A stretch of DNA of 64,000 nucleotides from Octopus sinensis (Eukaryota), in contig NC_043015.1 in assembly GCF_006345805.1 (NCBI RefSeq), forward strand, positions 11,842,001 through 11,906,000, given 5' to 3'. The position numbers and the translations under genes are program-made. Of this stretch, positions 11,000 to 23,084 are shown piece after piece. Position 1 is the first letter of the stretch. Each line of letters opens with the position of its first letter. The notes under the pieces are model-generated. The model saw only the letters and a program-made list of their open reading frames with translations, did no database searches and was not told where the DNA came from.

Positions 11000-13440
11000 C
11001 TAATCATTTGACATATCAATGTTGCCGCAAGGTATAACTTTTCTGCTCAAATGTAAGACCTATAAGGCTGAACATGCTGTGCGGCATCGATGTAGACGTT
11101 CAACAGTAATAGCTAAAACATCAATGTGATGACTACAACTTCATGTTGGCGGTTTTTGGCAAGCATTCGGCTAATCGGAAATGTTCTTTTTTTCTCTTTC
11201 ACCACGAATCTCAGAGAAGCATATTCTAGTTTCTCGTTGACAAACGAGATACTGCCAACTTGTCTACAGTGAGTGTTGACATTGATATATGATCTTAACG
11301 TGACAACATTGAATGAATGTTTCGCAACTTCTGTAGATAGTTTTATGGAGTCAATGTGGTTAAGTTACAGAAGGTCATATGTTTGAAGTTCTTGACCATT
11401 TATATTCTTTGAGCTCGTTTTCAATGTAGCTTGAAGCATTGATGCATTGATGCATTGAAGCTGCATTGAAGTTTTACTGTATTTCTCTGCCCGACTAAAT
11501 CTGTTCTGCTTGATACCTGAAATCTTTGGCAATATTATATCGACACATTGTGTCAAAGTAGGAGCGGATTGTATAGTTCACAATATTTTAACAGCAAAGC
11601 TAAAATAAACTCAAGGCATTATTAACATATTTTGCCATTAAACTCTACAAAGATCCTGAAATAAACTTGAACCTTGCAGATCATGGAGAAGTTACAGAAG
11701 TAAAAGCAATTCATGTCGATTGTCATTTACAGTATACACTCTTATCATGGAACTATCCAAATTAATGTCAGTTTGTTCTTTAGCCGGTGTATTTTCTTTT
11801 CTTTATCAACAAAAATGTTTGTTTTCTTTTCAATGAAAATATTCTGGTAGTGCTTTGAAAAGTTATGTGGGATAATAACAGTAATAATGTGACGTGGGAA
11901 GTCGGGATAGTCAGTCATGTATAGTCGTGTCTTACTTGACTAGCTAACTATACTGCTATACCGCAGTGAACATCATAACGGTCCAACGTTGGATTACAAT
12001 AGAGGCGACGAGGATGAGGTAGCTCTACGACAACTCCTAAAAGTATACCGAGTGACACCATATCTAAACACACCAGTAGGTATGTCGCCAGTGGAGCGAA
12101 GAAAATAAAGTTGGCGAAGAAAATAAAGTTGGCGAAGAAAATAAAATCATTCTTCGACAAATTACTACCTGGTAAGAACAATTGCCAAAGATGATACAGC
12201 AAGATATTTCAAACTTGGGGAAAAGGTATTTGTTAGGACATATAAGAACAGAAAGCGAAGTCGAAAAGATGGTGTGATCACGAAACGCATGGGAAAAATA
12301 CTATAGTTGATAAAAGGAAGAAAAGAGGTATACAAGAAATACATGAATCAACTGAAAAACAAAGATTCGTTGAGAGGGAACGCAAGAAAATGGAAGAACT
12401 AATGGAATGGTTATATGATACTTTTCAAGTACCAATTCCACTGCAAATAATTGAACCCAGACGCACAAGCGAAAGAAAAAGGAAATGTACGGAGTTCCTG
12501 GAAGTGGATTCCAAACAAAAGACATTTTAAATTTGTAACTGTCTAAAAAAAAAAACTTGAAGAAAGGGAGCGGGATGATGTAAACATTATTGCTAATAAA
12601 AAGAAATAAAATTACACTCCCTTAGAAAAACGAAAAACTTAAAAGGTTAGATGTTATGGGAATAATAATAGTAATAATGCAACATCTCTTCCACGTGACG
12701 AGTGGTATGTGATAGTCGTTACAAATACTGTGACGTGAGAGGTTGGGGTAGTTGATCATAGATAGTCATATCTTACTTGTCTAACTACACTGCTATATCG
12801 GAGTGGACGTTATAACAGTCCGACATTGGATTACAGTAAAAATGTTGTGTAAGTGTTGTGTTACTTGGGTGTTCAGCTTGCAGAGTGTAAGTTTGCTGAA
12901 ATGAAGTTGTCCAATTGACCATTTTCTAAAGGACAGCATGTTGTTAAATACTGGGATGTCTTGCAATAAGAAAGGGGAAAATATAGAGAAGCCTCATGAC
13001 AAAGCAAAGTAATAACTAAACAGCATCTATTTTGATACGTCAATGCAAATATTACACCGTCAACTCTTTTGTGTGATGGACTCTGTTGAATTGCAGAGCT
13101 TAGCACTGATGTTTGTATTATATATCTGAGTAAAGAGTGCACAGGGGCATTATCCCATCTGTTGTCTATATCATCCCATCTGCTGTCTAAACAATGTTCA
13201 GAAATCTCATCGCCTTTCTTGTATCCTTTTCTTGATACGGTCTTGGAAACCGACTGCTGCATTTCTTGTCTTCCAAGTTGCTTGAATTCTTGTTAAGGAA
13301 ATATAAGTACCACGAACCACCTGAGTTTTAACAATTCTGAAGATTGTTTTGTTCCTAGCGCAGTATTGAAACTACACTACTGATAGGATGCAATCAGTTT
13401 GACTGCACATTCAGTAGGCCTCTCTTTTCGTTTCAAATCG
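11000..13440 (-). pseudogene. Helitron Rep/helicase fossil, interrupted by an LTR element at 11861-12835
   Basis: Minus-strand frames give, in the expected RepHel order: KRGL (HUH region), KKCSSRFPRPYQ, DIDNRW, LCNSTESI, PLENGQ, NTTLT, then after the LTR: LPEYFH, RVYTV, LLHDLQGSSLFQDL, VNGKIC, TLRSYINVN, LAKNRQHE, RTACSAL (PIF1-like motif Ia). Many stops and frameshifts. Confidence 0.8.
11861..12835 (+). mobile_element. Internally deleted Gypsy-type LTR retrotransposon (LTR-PBS-integrase C-terminus-PPT-LTR)
   Basis: Related direct repeats 11861-11998 and 12652-12835 both end GGATTACA. PBS-like AGGCGACGAGGATGAG at 12003-12018. Integrase-tail remnants ALRQLLKVYRVTP, IKSFFDKLLPG, FKLGEKVFVRTY, YDTFQVPIP. 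Purine tracts precede 12576 and 12652. Confidence 0.8.
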
Positions 13441-13799
13441 CTTTTTTTTTCAACTTCCCTTTAATATTAGATTTTGTTTTTGTTTTAATTTACGTACAGC
13501 ATATGTCAAATGAAACGAAAATTTGGTTGTGCTTCTAATTTAAATAGATACCCACAAAATTTGGCTTCACGCTTAAATTAATTCTTCTGAATTAAAATAT
13601 GGGAGATAGAGAACAGAAGAGAGAGAATGGGATAGAGACAAAATAGTAGACAGGAAGTCAGAACTGGCAACAGTAATTAAAAAGAGAGCAGCATTAAAAG
13701 AAACGAAAGAGACTGAAGTAACAGTGATAAAGAAAAAAAAAGAGAAATTAAACAAACCACGAGAAAAAAAATGCAATAAGGAGGAAAGGCTGTTGATGG

Positions 13800-13993
13800 T
13801 ATTAGCGGTATTTCGTCTGCCGTTACGTTCTGAGTTCAAATTCCGCCGAGGTCGATTTGCCTTTCATCATTTCGGGGTCGATAAATTACGCTTGTTACGC
13901 ACTGGGGTCGATGTAATCGACTTAATACCTATGTATGTCCTTGTTTGTCCCATCTGTGTTTAGCCCCTTGTGGGCAGTAAAGAAATAGGTATT
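13800..13993 (+). mobile_element. SINE family B (5'-truncated)
   Basis: Aligns with 19140-19330. Confidence 0.92.
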
Positions 13994-14323
13994 AGCATGG
14001 CAGAGATTATGAGTACAAAAAAGCAATTGAAGAAAGATATAAGAATTGAAAAGGATGGGACAAAAACAGCGAGGAGGAGAGAAGAAAACAATGGTAATCT
14101 GGTTGGAGTAAATGCAGAGAAGAAGTATAGTGAGTGGAAATAGAGTTGAAGTGTCAAGTGTTTTAGTGATGAGCGATGAGAAGCAAAAAGATATAAGACA
14201 GGGAATCGGTATTTTGGTAACAGCCAAGTGTTTACCGATAGCTACATGCAAACAAAGAATGTGAAGGACAAATTGACGTAAACAAAAAGGCTCAGTCATA
14301 CAGACAGACACACGTGTGTGTGC

Positions 14324-14367
<44 letters not shown>

Positions 14368-14384
14368 TCGCCATATTGATTCGC

Positions 14385-14580
14385 TAGCTTCTGCACGCAT
14401 TTTTTTTCTCTCCTTGTTTCTCTCCGTGTTTCTTTTCTGTGTATCTTTCTGTTGAAGAGCGTAGGCTCGAAACGTAAAAGTCTTGTTTTATTTATATTCC
14501 TGAGCGCCATACTAATACAATTGTTTGTTTGTACTCCACCTGCCTTCGTCTTTTGTTTATTTTCATAAAGCTTCCCGTTA
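14385..14580 (+). mobile_element. Short dispersed repeat, probable PLE pseudo-LTR fragment with minimal hammerhead-like motif
   Basis: 14470-14580 is the reverse complement of 54340-54455; a related motif occurs at 38261-38298. Confidence 0.6.
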
Positions 14581-15015
14581 TATATATATATATATATATA
14601 TATACGTATATGTGTGCATATGTTTGTGTGTGAGTGTTATATATAGATATATACATACACACAAACATATATGTATATATACATGCATACACACACACAC
14701 ATATGTGTAAATATATATACATTTGTAAGTGTTTAAGGGTACATGCCTGTGAATGTGTTGATATCAAGTATGACCGCGTGTAAGTATGTTTGTCATATAT
14801 CAATTATAAATGTATATATATATATATATATAATATATTATATATATATATATTATATATATATACATATATACACACACATATTCAAGTGCGCACGCAT
14901 ATATGCATGTATGTATATAAATATATATATATATATATGTATGTACGTATATATGTGTGTGTTGATATATATATATATTATATATATTGTATATATGTGT
15001 GTGTTTATGTATACA

Positions 15016-15134
15016 GCAGTGCATCGGTTTACGACCGCCTTTGATCACGAATGAATCGTGCTTGATATATATATATATATATATATATAATGCACGATTT
15101 ATTCGTGATCAGAGGACTTCGAAAACCGAGGTAC

Positions 15135-15137
<3 letters not shown>
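15016..15137. repeat. Inverted repeat (46-bp arms) around a (TA)n spacer
   Basis: 15016-15061 vs reverse complement of 15092-15137, about 80% identical. Confidence 0.9.
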
Positions 15138-15171
<34 letters not shown>

Positions 15172-15605
15172 TATCTCTGAATATATGCATTGAACCAAGA
15201 GAGAAGTGGACAGTTTGAAAGATGAACAACAATTTGAAATATTTTGACATTTTGCCATTGCTTAGTTTTAACTTTCTTCACGTCTCCATGTTTTTTAGTT
15301 TTTGTTTTTGTTTTTTTTTTTGCAGTCTTAAATAACAAAGAATAATATTCTTTCTATATTTTCAGCCGATTATATATGAACTTATTTACCCGAGCCATCA
15401 ATAATGGCAGGAAATATACATAATTTAGTTAAAAGTATTGTAACATGACAATAGAAGAAGTTAGTATATGAAAAAAAAAGATAAATTAAATACATATTTT
15501 TACATATTCTAATACACATTGCAACGAACTATTTTGAAATACAAAACAAATATTTTTACCATTAAATGTTTGCTTTCATATTACACTGTTCGAAACTGTT
15601 ATCAA

Positions 15606-15930
15606 TCTATATATATAAAACACAGGATGTGTGTCTGTCTGTGTTTGTCATGTTGTTAAAACTCGAAATCCACCCAACCGATTTTAATGAAATTTTAGAC
15701 ATGCATCGCATAGGGTCCATAGAGTATCATGGGCCAAACAAGTTTTCAACTTCTTACTTAATGCGGGCCCAGGATCAGATAAACTGCATTTTAAAATCAT
15801 TTCCACAGCGTTAGGGCCTATAACTTGAAGACTATCCAGTCGGTTTCCTCCAAATTTACAAGAAACTTTAACAAGTCTCCTCGAATTGCTGTTGACTAAA
15901 AAAATTTCCGACGCCAACTACGCCCCCCCC
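15606..15930 (+). mobile_element. Probable 5' portion of a non-autonomous Helitron
   Basis: A|TCTATATATATAAAA...GTGTGTCTGTCTG resembles the 5' end of the 9305-9802 family; no convincing hairpin+CTAG 3' end found. Confidence 0.5.
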
Positions 15931-16464
15931 CCCAAAAAAAAGCATATTAATCAGATTTGAGTATACAGCACTGGGTTTTATTTTTGTCTTAGGTCATTTT
16001 CCGATGATAGAATATTGACACTAGTTATGCATTATAAGTAGCGAATAATATTTCATGAAAACCTTTCTATTTAATTTGGTAGAGGAAATGAGAACATTCA
16101 AATTTTTGTCGACGCCCAGCTGATGCTTCATGTTACTATCCTGTGCACCACCGGGCCATGCGCGTGTGTGTGCGACTGGGTGAAGGCAAAACAAACCCCA
16201 TTCGTCCATTTTCCTGATGTGCCCTGTTGATGCTTCACGTTTCCAATCCTACGCAGCGCAGTATGGTCCGGCACCATGTCTGCTTTCTATGTCACGCATG
16301 TCTGAACTATATAATGCCAAATGTTCATAACAAAAAACAAACTCCTGTTGTGACGCACAAACATTCGAATTTCACCGAGTGACCACTTCCGAAAGCTGAG
16401 CTCATCACCAGCAATTAGTCCCCCCCCATGTCAACGTCCCCCCCCCCCCCGTTTAGTCGGACGA

Positions 16465-16944
16465 GAGGGTGTCCGGGAATTAATGATGATTTGAGTGAAA
16501 TCGGATGCATTGTTTAAAACTCTCTTTTATTTATGTTTATCAGGTTTAATATGTGTTAAAAGTGTAAAAATGTTTTATTTTGTTTATAATTTTATTTTCC
16601 TTCCTGTTGGACCCCTCTTATTTGTTTATGATAGCTTTGTTTTCAATTTGGCAGCAATCATTTTCTTTACCTCCACCCCCAAGATGGAACAATCGTTTAG
16701 CTGAGCTTAAAGAACACATTCAGTTAACAGTGCAGGAACTAACTCCTGAAATGCTTCAAAATGTATTTAACAACGCTAAGGAAAGATTTGAAGTATGCAG
16801 GGATACAGACATGTTGAAAAATTTCAATAAAAGTTTGACGTAAGATTTATAAATTTATTTGTTTTCGTAATAAACATAAAATTTTGTCACTTTTTAAAAA
16901 AATTTGCTCAATTTCATTGAAACAGTTAATTCTGGAACACCCTG
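16465..16944 (+). mobile_element. Tc1/mariner deletion derivative (MITE-like, ~480 bp)
   Basis: Imperfect TIRs GAGGGTGTCCGGGAATTAA and TTAATTCTGGAACACCCTG followed by TA. Transposase C-terminal remnant LAELKEHIQLTVQELTPEMLQNVFNNAKERFEVC. Confidence 0.7.
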
Positions 16945-17082
16945 TATGGTGTAGCGTTGTTAGTTGTTGCGTTGCTCGAGTAAACATTAAAATCAAAGGT
17001 CTTCTTGCCCGTAAACATCCCACCTTTTTGTTAAGCATATTGTATCAAGGAGTGTATTATCCAAAATGTATCTCTCTTTTAT

Positions 17083-17203
17083 AGGCGTGCCCGTGTGGTT
17101 GAGAAGCTTGCTTTCCAACCATGTTGCCTTGGGTTCAGTCCCGCAATGCAGTACGTTGGGCAATTCTGTTTCATTATAGCTCCGTGCCGATCAAAGCCTT
17201 GTG
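17083..17203 (+). mobile_element. SINE family A, 5' fragment
   Basis: Aligns with 9812-9930. Confidence 0.75.
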
Positions 17204-17944
17204 TATTATATAATTGCCATTACTGTATTGTTATATAAAATAACACATTCTACTCACTTATTATTGTCATATGAGAAGCAAGCAGAAGTTCGTGTATGAA
17301 ATTGATCTTTTTTCTATTTCAATTATTTCATGTATTTCTAATAAAACACATAGATACAGGAAGAGTAAAACTATATATGTAATAAGACTTTGACTGTGAC
17401 TCCCAAGAAGATTAAAATGTAATTACCCGATCATTACGGCGGGTGTTACTGCTAGATTCATATAAAACACACCGAGGAAGGAAGGAAGAAATATTAGAGT
17501 TTTGTCCCTTCGCAGCACATGAAATACATTATTACACAGCGGCATATTTTACAGGAATGAATGAGAAGAAATTTTATATAATCAAAAATATATACATCGT
17601 GACCACTTCAGCTGAGAGGGTGCACATATATTTGTTCGTCACTATATACGTAAAACATGTTTAGTACACGTGAGTTGTTACTATAAACATTGTCGTCGTT
17701 ATCGTTGTTGTTATTTAATTCCGATTTAGCCTTGGTTATTCAATATAGCTTTTCTTGTATTATTGAATCGGTAGCATTGGAGTGGAGGGAGATTTGTTTG
17801 CTATTTCTCGATGGCACCTGCTCGTTTTTAGACTGCGTTTTATGCTATTGATTTCTTTTCTTTCTTTTTTTTTTTAGGAAGAGATGACGATGACGAGAGC
17901 TGCAACGATAATGGTGAGGAGGGAAATGGAAGAGAGTGATAAGG

Positions 17945-18270
17945 AGAATAGGGAGGAGGAGGAGGAGGAGGAGGTTGAGGAGGAGAAGGAGGAGGAGGTT
18001 GAGGAGGAGGAGGTTGAGGAGGAGGAGGTTGAGGAAGAGGAGGTTGAGGAGGAGGAGGTTGAGGAGGAGGAGGTTGAGGAGGAGGAGGTTGAGGTTGAGG
18101 AGAAGGGGGAAGATGAGGTTGAGGTTGAGGAGGTTGAGGCGGAGGAAGAGGAGGAGGAGGGAGGAAGAGGAGGTTGAGGAAGAGGAGGAGGCGGAGAAGG
18201 TTGATGTGGAGGAGAAGGAGGAGGAGGAGGAAGGAGAGGAAGAGGAAGAGGAGGGAGGAAGTTGAGGAGT
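17945..18270. repeat. (GAG)n/(GAGGTT) purine-rich low-complexity tract
   Basis: Units such as GAGGAGGAGGAGGTT; explains the poly-E/R/S/L ORFs. Confidence 0.97.
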
Positions 18271-18669
18271 AGTAGAAGTAAAATAATGGTTACTGGGCTG
18301 ATTGTCACTATATGCAGTTGATAATAATAATGGCGGCGGTGGCGGTGGAGTGGTGGTGGTCATTTTTGTCATCGTGTTGCTGGTGGTGGTCATTTTTGTC
18401 ATCGTGTTGCTGGTGCTGGTGTGGAGCTGGCGTTGGTGCTAATTATAGTAATAACGATCACGATGACAGTTATAATGAAAATGATGATAGTGATGTTTAT
18501 GGCGATGGTGGCGATGATCATAAGGAAGACGGATAACGTAATAGCAATAGTCTTGTTGTTTAGTTCCCATGACGGTTCTCATTTAACACATTACAAGCAT
18601 TCCAGCCGTGATCGTCACCTGCTTTCGTTCTAGAGTTAGTGAATCACTCATAGATTCTTTTGGGGGCGA

Positions 18670-18776
18670 GGTGGTAGCGTTGGTGGTAGCGTTGGTGGTG
18701 GTGGTGGTGGTGGTGGTGGTGGTGGTGGTGGTGGTGGTGGTTAGTGGTGGTTAGTGGTGGTGGTGGTGGTGGTGAC

Positions 18777-18808
<32 letters not shown>

Positions 18809-18942
18809 TTAGTGGTGGTGGTGGTGGTGGTGGTGGCGGTGTTGGTGGTGGTGGTGGTGGCGGTGTTGGTGGTGGTGGTGGTGGTAGTGGTGGTGGTGGT
18901 GGTGGTGGTGGTGGTGGTGGTGGTGGTTGTGGTGGTGGTTGA
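18670..18942. repeat. (GGT)n microsatellite; similar tract at 19360-19560
   Basis: Tandem GGT/GGC units. Confidence 0.97.
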
Positions 18943-19098
18943 GTGTTGAAGATAATGGATGGTGAAAGTGAAGATGAATGTAGTGATGATGGAGGTGGTT
19001 GTTGTGGCTGGGAATGTGCTGAAGACTGCTGCTTATGAGGTGAGGGTCATTTGGGTTACAGTTAGTGAAGCTGATAGAAGTGAAGATAGTACAGTGAC

Positions 19099-19330
19099 GG
19101 CGGTGAGCTGGCAAGATCGTTAGCACGCCGGGCGAAATGTTTAGCGGTATTTCGTCTGCCGTTACGTTCTGAGTTCGAATTCCGCCGAGGTCGACTTTGC
19201 CTTTCATCCTTTCGGGCTCGATTAAATGAGTACCAGTTACGCACTGGGGTCGATATAATCGACTTAATCTGTTTGTCTGTCCTTGTTTGTTCTATCTGTG
19301 TTTAGCCCCTTTGTGGGTAGTAAAGAAATA
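19099..19330 (+). mobile_element. SINE family B, full length, with target-site duplication
   Basis: GGCGGTGAGCTGGC head through TAAAGAAATA; flanked by AGATAGTACAGTGAC at 19084-19098 and 19330-19344. Confidence 0.95.
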
Positions 19331-20199
19331 GATAGTACAGTGACGGCGGCGGAAGCGGCGGCGGTGGTGGTAGTGCTGGTGCTGGTGGTGCTGATGGTGC
19401 AGGTGCTGGTGCTGGTGGCGGTGGTGGCGGCGGCGGTGGTGGTGGTAGTGGTGTGTTGGTGGTGGTGGTGGTGGCGGTGGTGATGGTGGTGGTCTTCGTG
19501 GTGGCTGCAGTAGTGGTGGTGTGGTGGTGGTGGTGGTGGTGGTGGTGATGCTGACGACGGCGGCCCAAATTGGTGATGGTGTCACTCGTGGTGCTGTTGT
19601 TGTGGTTGGCGTAGGCGATGAATACATGCGCTCATGGTGATCTTGGAGATGAATATGCAGACGTCAGTCATGATGATTGATGATTGCTGGCGATAATGAA
19701 GTTAATATTGACGAGGAAGATAATAAGGATGACAATGACACGATGACGGCAACGACCACAACATCTAAATACAACTACCTGTCGTAGTATCAGTTTCTTC
19801 CCTGCTACAAGATATAAACTGGGGAAAATCCAATGGCGCCAGGATTCTTCACAGGGATAACAATGGCACACTCCTTATGGAATTTCATGAAATTATTATT
19901 CATCAGTTGAGAAATTGTTGTCTAATATTGGACATGCTTCACTGACATTCTATTACTTAACATTAAAGCATTTAACACCGAGTTTGAAAGTAATGCTATC
20001 TCATCGATAGGGTACCCTTGATTATCTGGGTGGATCTGTCTTTCTCTCTATCTCTACCCTTCTTTCTACACCTGTCTCTCTCTATCTTTCTCTCTCTCCT
20101 CTTTTCCTTTGAATCTTGAAAACGTACGCACCACTATAATTATGGAGGTATTATTTCAATTGTTATCATACATTCTTACATGAATACAATAGTTATAAC

Positions 20200-20740
20200 A
20201 TTTACAATACCAAACAAGAGTTCTACATGTGATCACTCAATCTGCTGCTAATAGCCGCTACATCTCCCTCGTATCAAACTTCATCATTTAAAATAAAGGA
20301 ATATCTGATTCTATACTCGCGATTCTGGGAAAATGAAACAGAATGGGAGCGTCTGGAAATAAGACAAAATAGACATGGTTGTGTTACTTTTTATCATAAT
20401 GATACTTTAGTTAAGCAGCACGTGACCACACAACCTGTTGATAATAGCTACTAAATCTTTTTCGTATCAAACTCTACCATCTTAAATTCCAGGAATATTG
20501 TATTGCACTGTAAGATGTAATCTTACACGCGGGATTCTGGAAAAATGAACCTGAGAGGACCTCGGCTGGAAACATGACGGAAGAGGCACTGCTAAACCGC
20601 TTTTTATCATTGGTATACTGAACAAATGTTGACCTGTACTTCAACAACAGCAATACGAATATTTTCTTTTAATGACTATCAAAGAAAATAACTGAATATG
20701 CTCATTTGAGCTGCTATAAATAACGACTAAATCTTATAAG
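20200..20740. repeat. Degenerate ~195-215-bp tandem repeat (2 copies plus a partial)
   Basis: Shared anchors TCGTATCAAACT (20269/20462), GATTCTGG (20321/20533) and TTTTTATCAT (20388/20601). Confidence 0.7.
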
Positions 20741-21578
20741 AGTGAGAAAAACTTTCGGCTTTTGCTTGCTGAAGGAAGATGGAAGGGTACTTTTCTCAAT
20801 AGTCTTGCAGGTTCGTAATCTTAGGATCTTACTTACATGAACTATCGTCGTTCAATATAATTTCACAAGCCAACGATTCGCAGATAATGAACAAAACCTT
20901 AAAGAACGAATTCCTTGTTCACTCAGTTTCCAAAATAAAAATTTTGGCAGATTCTCTTGTCAATCGTATATGCGAATGCATAAGATGCGCTTTTTTATTC
21001 TAAAATATAACAAAATAAATTGCCATACGTCTAATGTGACTGAATTGTGGATGTGATGCAGAGTGCATGATTCTATGATGAAACTTATTAAATTTGTTAG
21101 TTTGTTTTTCCACTATACCTTTTTCCGTCTTATTTACAGCATGTTGTCATTTATCAAGAACTTCTAGCAGAGCGACAGTGCACACAGAGCAACGTGTTAG
21201 ACAGAGGAAGTTTGACAACTTTTAATTATCTTCGACGTGTTCAAATTCACACTGATATCGCTCCTTCCAGAATTATAGCAAATTGCTCTTATTAATGTGT
21301 ATCGTTTTACTGTATTGGTCTTGAAGCAGGTTCGAAGCCACGGTTTTCACAAGCCTTCTTAGACTGGTGAGATCCAGGTGATGTTTTTCTTGAATAGTTA
21401 CAAGTCAATGATTGCAGGAAAATGGATAAAAGGAGTTTTCCAGGTTATCGACGCTCCAGGGAGAAATAAGCTAGTGGTTAGTGGAGAACCGCTTGGAGAT
21501 GCAGGAAATAGTTACGGAGAAGATTTTCCAACGGTGGGCAATGTTGAAAAAGCTGCATAGCGAGCTGCAAATGTAATA

Positions 21579-21992
21579 CTCTTTACTCTTTACTCATTTA
21601 CTTGTTTCAGTCATTTGGCAGCGGCCATGCTGGAGCACCGCCTTCAGTCGAATCAAATCGACCCCAGGACTCATTCTATATAAAGCCTAGTACTTAATTT
21701 ATCGGTCCCTATTGCTGAACCGCTAAGTTATGGGGACATAAACACACCAGCATTGGTTGTCAAGCGATGATGGGGTAGGGCAAACACAGATACCCAACAT
21801 ATATGCATACATACATATATATATACATATATACGACGGGCTTCTTTCAGTTTCCGTCTACCAAATCCACTCACAAGGCTTTGGTCGGCCCGAGGCTACA
21901 GTAGAAGACACTTGCCTAAGGTGCCACGCAGTGGGATTGAACCCAGAACCATGTGGTTGGTAAGCAAGCTACTTACCACACAGCCACTCCTG
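21579..21992 (-). mobile_element. SINE family A
   Basis: Reverse complement of 9812-10200. Confidence 0.95.
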
Positions 21993-23053
21993 CTGTTTTT
22001 TTTTCTGTAGAACTGCTAACACAACCATCATGAGGGGGTTGTGGAAAGAAGGAAAAATTCTTAAAATTGATAGGGAGCCATTTCATAAGGGCTTTATTGG
22101 ATTGGCTACAGATTGTGTAGCGAGATTTGAGAGCTGTATGACATACTGATACTTATTTTGCGTCTGAATAAGGATCTTAATAGAACTTTATTACTGAAGA
22201 AAGCACTGTAAACTGTGTATATTACCTTAGCAGCAGTTGTGTATCATTGTGTGAAGCATTTGGTTGGTTTAAGGCTACGAGTTTACGTTGCCCGTTGGAT
22301 ACAACCGTCATGTTTCAGAAGATGGTCCTAGTCACTTACTTAGCAGTTTTTGATGAGTTACGTGTTAGTCACAGTTACTGCTCACTGTTGTTAATATCGT
22401 AATATCGAACTAGCAGAGCTCTGACCAGTCAACTAGCGCCAGAATATCGGTCAAAAATCGAAAGAATGTGAGAAACAAAAAGAGTTGTGAATGTTGAAGC
22501 TACTGAAGACGTTGGATTCAGGAAAAGTAAGATATCTTTGGTGGTGGAAGACATATCGATTTGTAGGTGTTTGTAGTTTTTTTTTTTAAGTAATTAAACG
22601 AGATTTATTTAGAAGAGGCGGGTGGAGACTATGAGTCTTTATTGCTGATGTTGAGGGGAGAGGGATAAGTGGTGAAAAGTGTGGAATCTATTAAATGCAA
22701 AGTTGCTATCTTTCTGAAGGAAGTTTTAGTGTGGAATATTGCCCAGACAGCAAAGATAATCTACAGATAGAAGAGATTTGTCTCAGAGTAAGATGTTTTG
22801 TGAGATCTTAGTTTGGGCGAGAACCGACGGGTATTAGAGAGAAGGTGAGAGAATTCTCTAGCAGTTGGATCAAATGGGCTATAACTCAAGAAATTATATA
22901 ATAAATGATATTTTATTGAGAAGATGAATCTTTACTATTATATAATTCTATCAATGCATTCTATCAATCTCTGTATATCTTTAAATGCCTGTAAAGTAAT
23001 CACCTGGTTATATAGGAAAAGAGACAGACTGACAGTTTGAGACAGAGGGGAAG

Positions 23054-23084
<31 letters not shown>

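Noticed and set aside
12873-13262. 129-aa ORF as a host gene exon
   Set aside because: Contains DIDNRW and LENGQ in Helitron RepHel order; a decayed transposon.
18735-18800. Telomere-like GGTTAG motifs
   Set aside because: Isolated variants within (GGT)n; no TTAGGG array.
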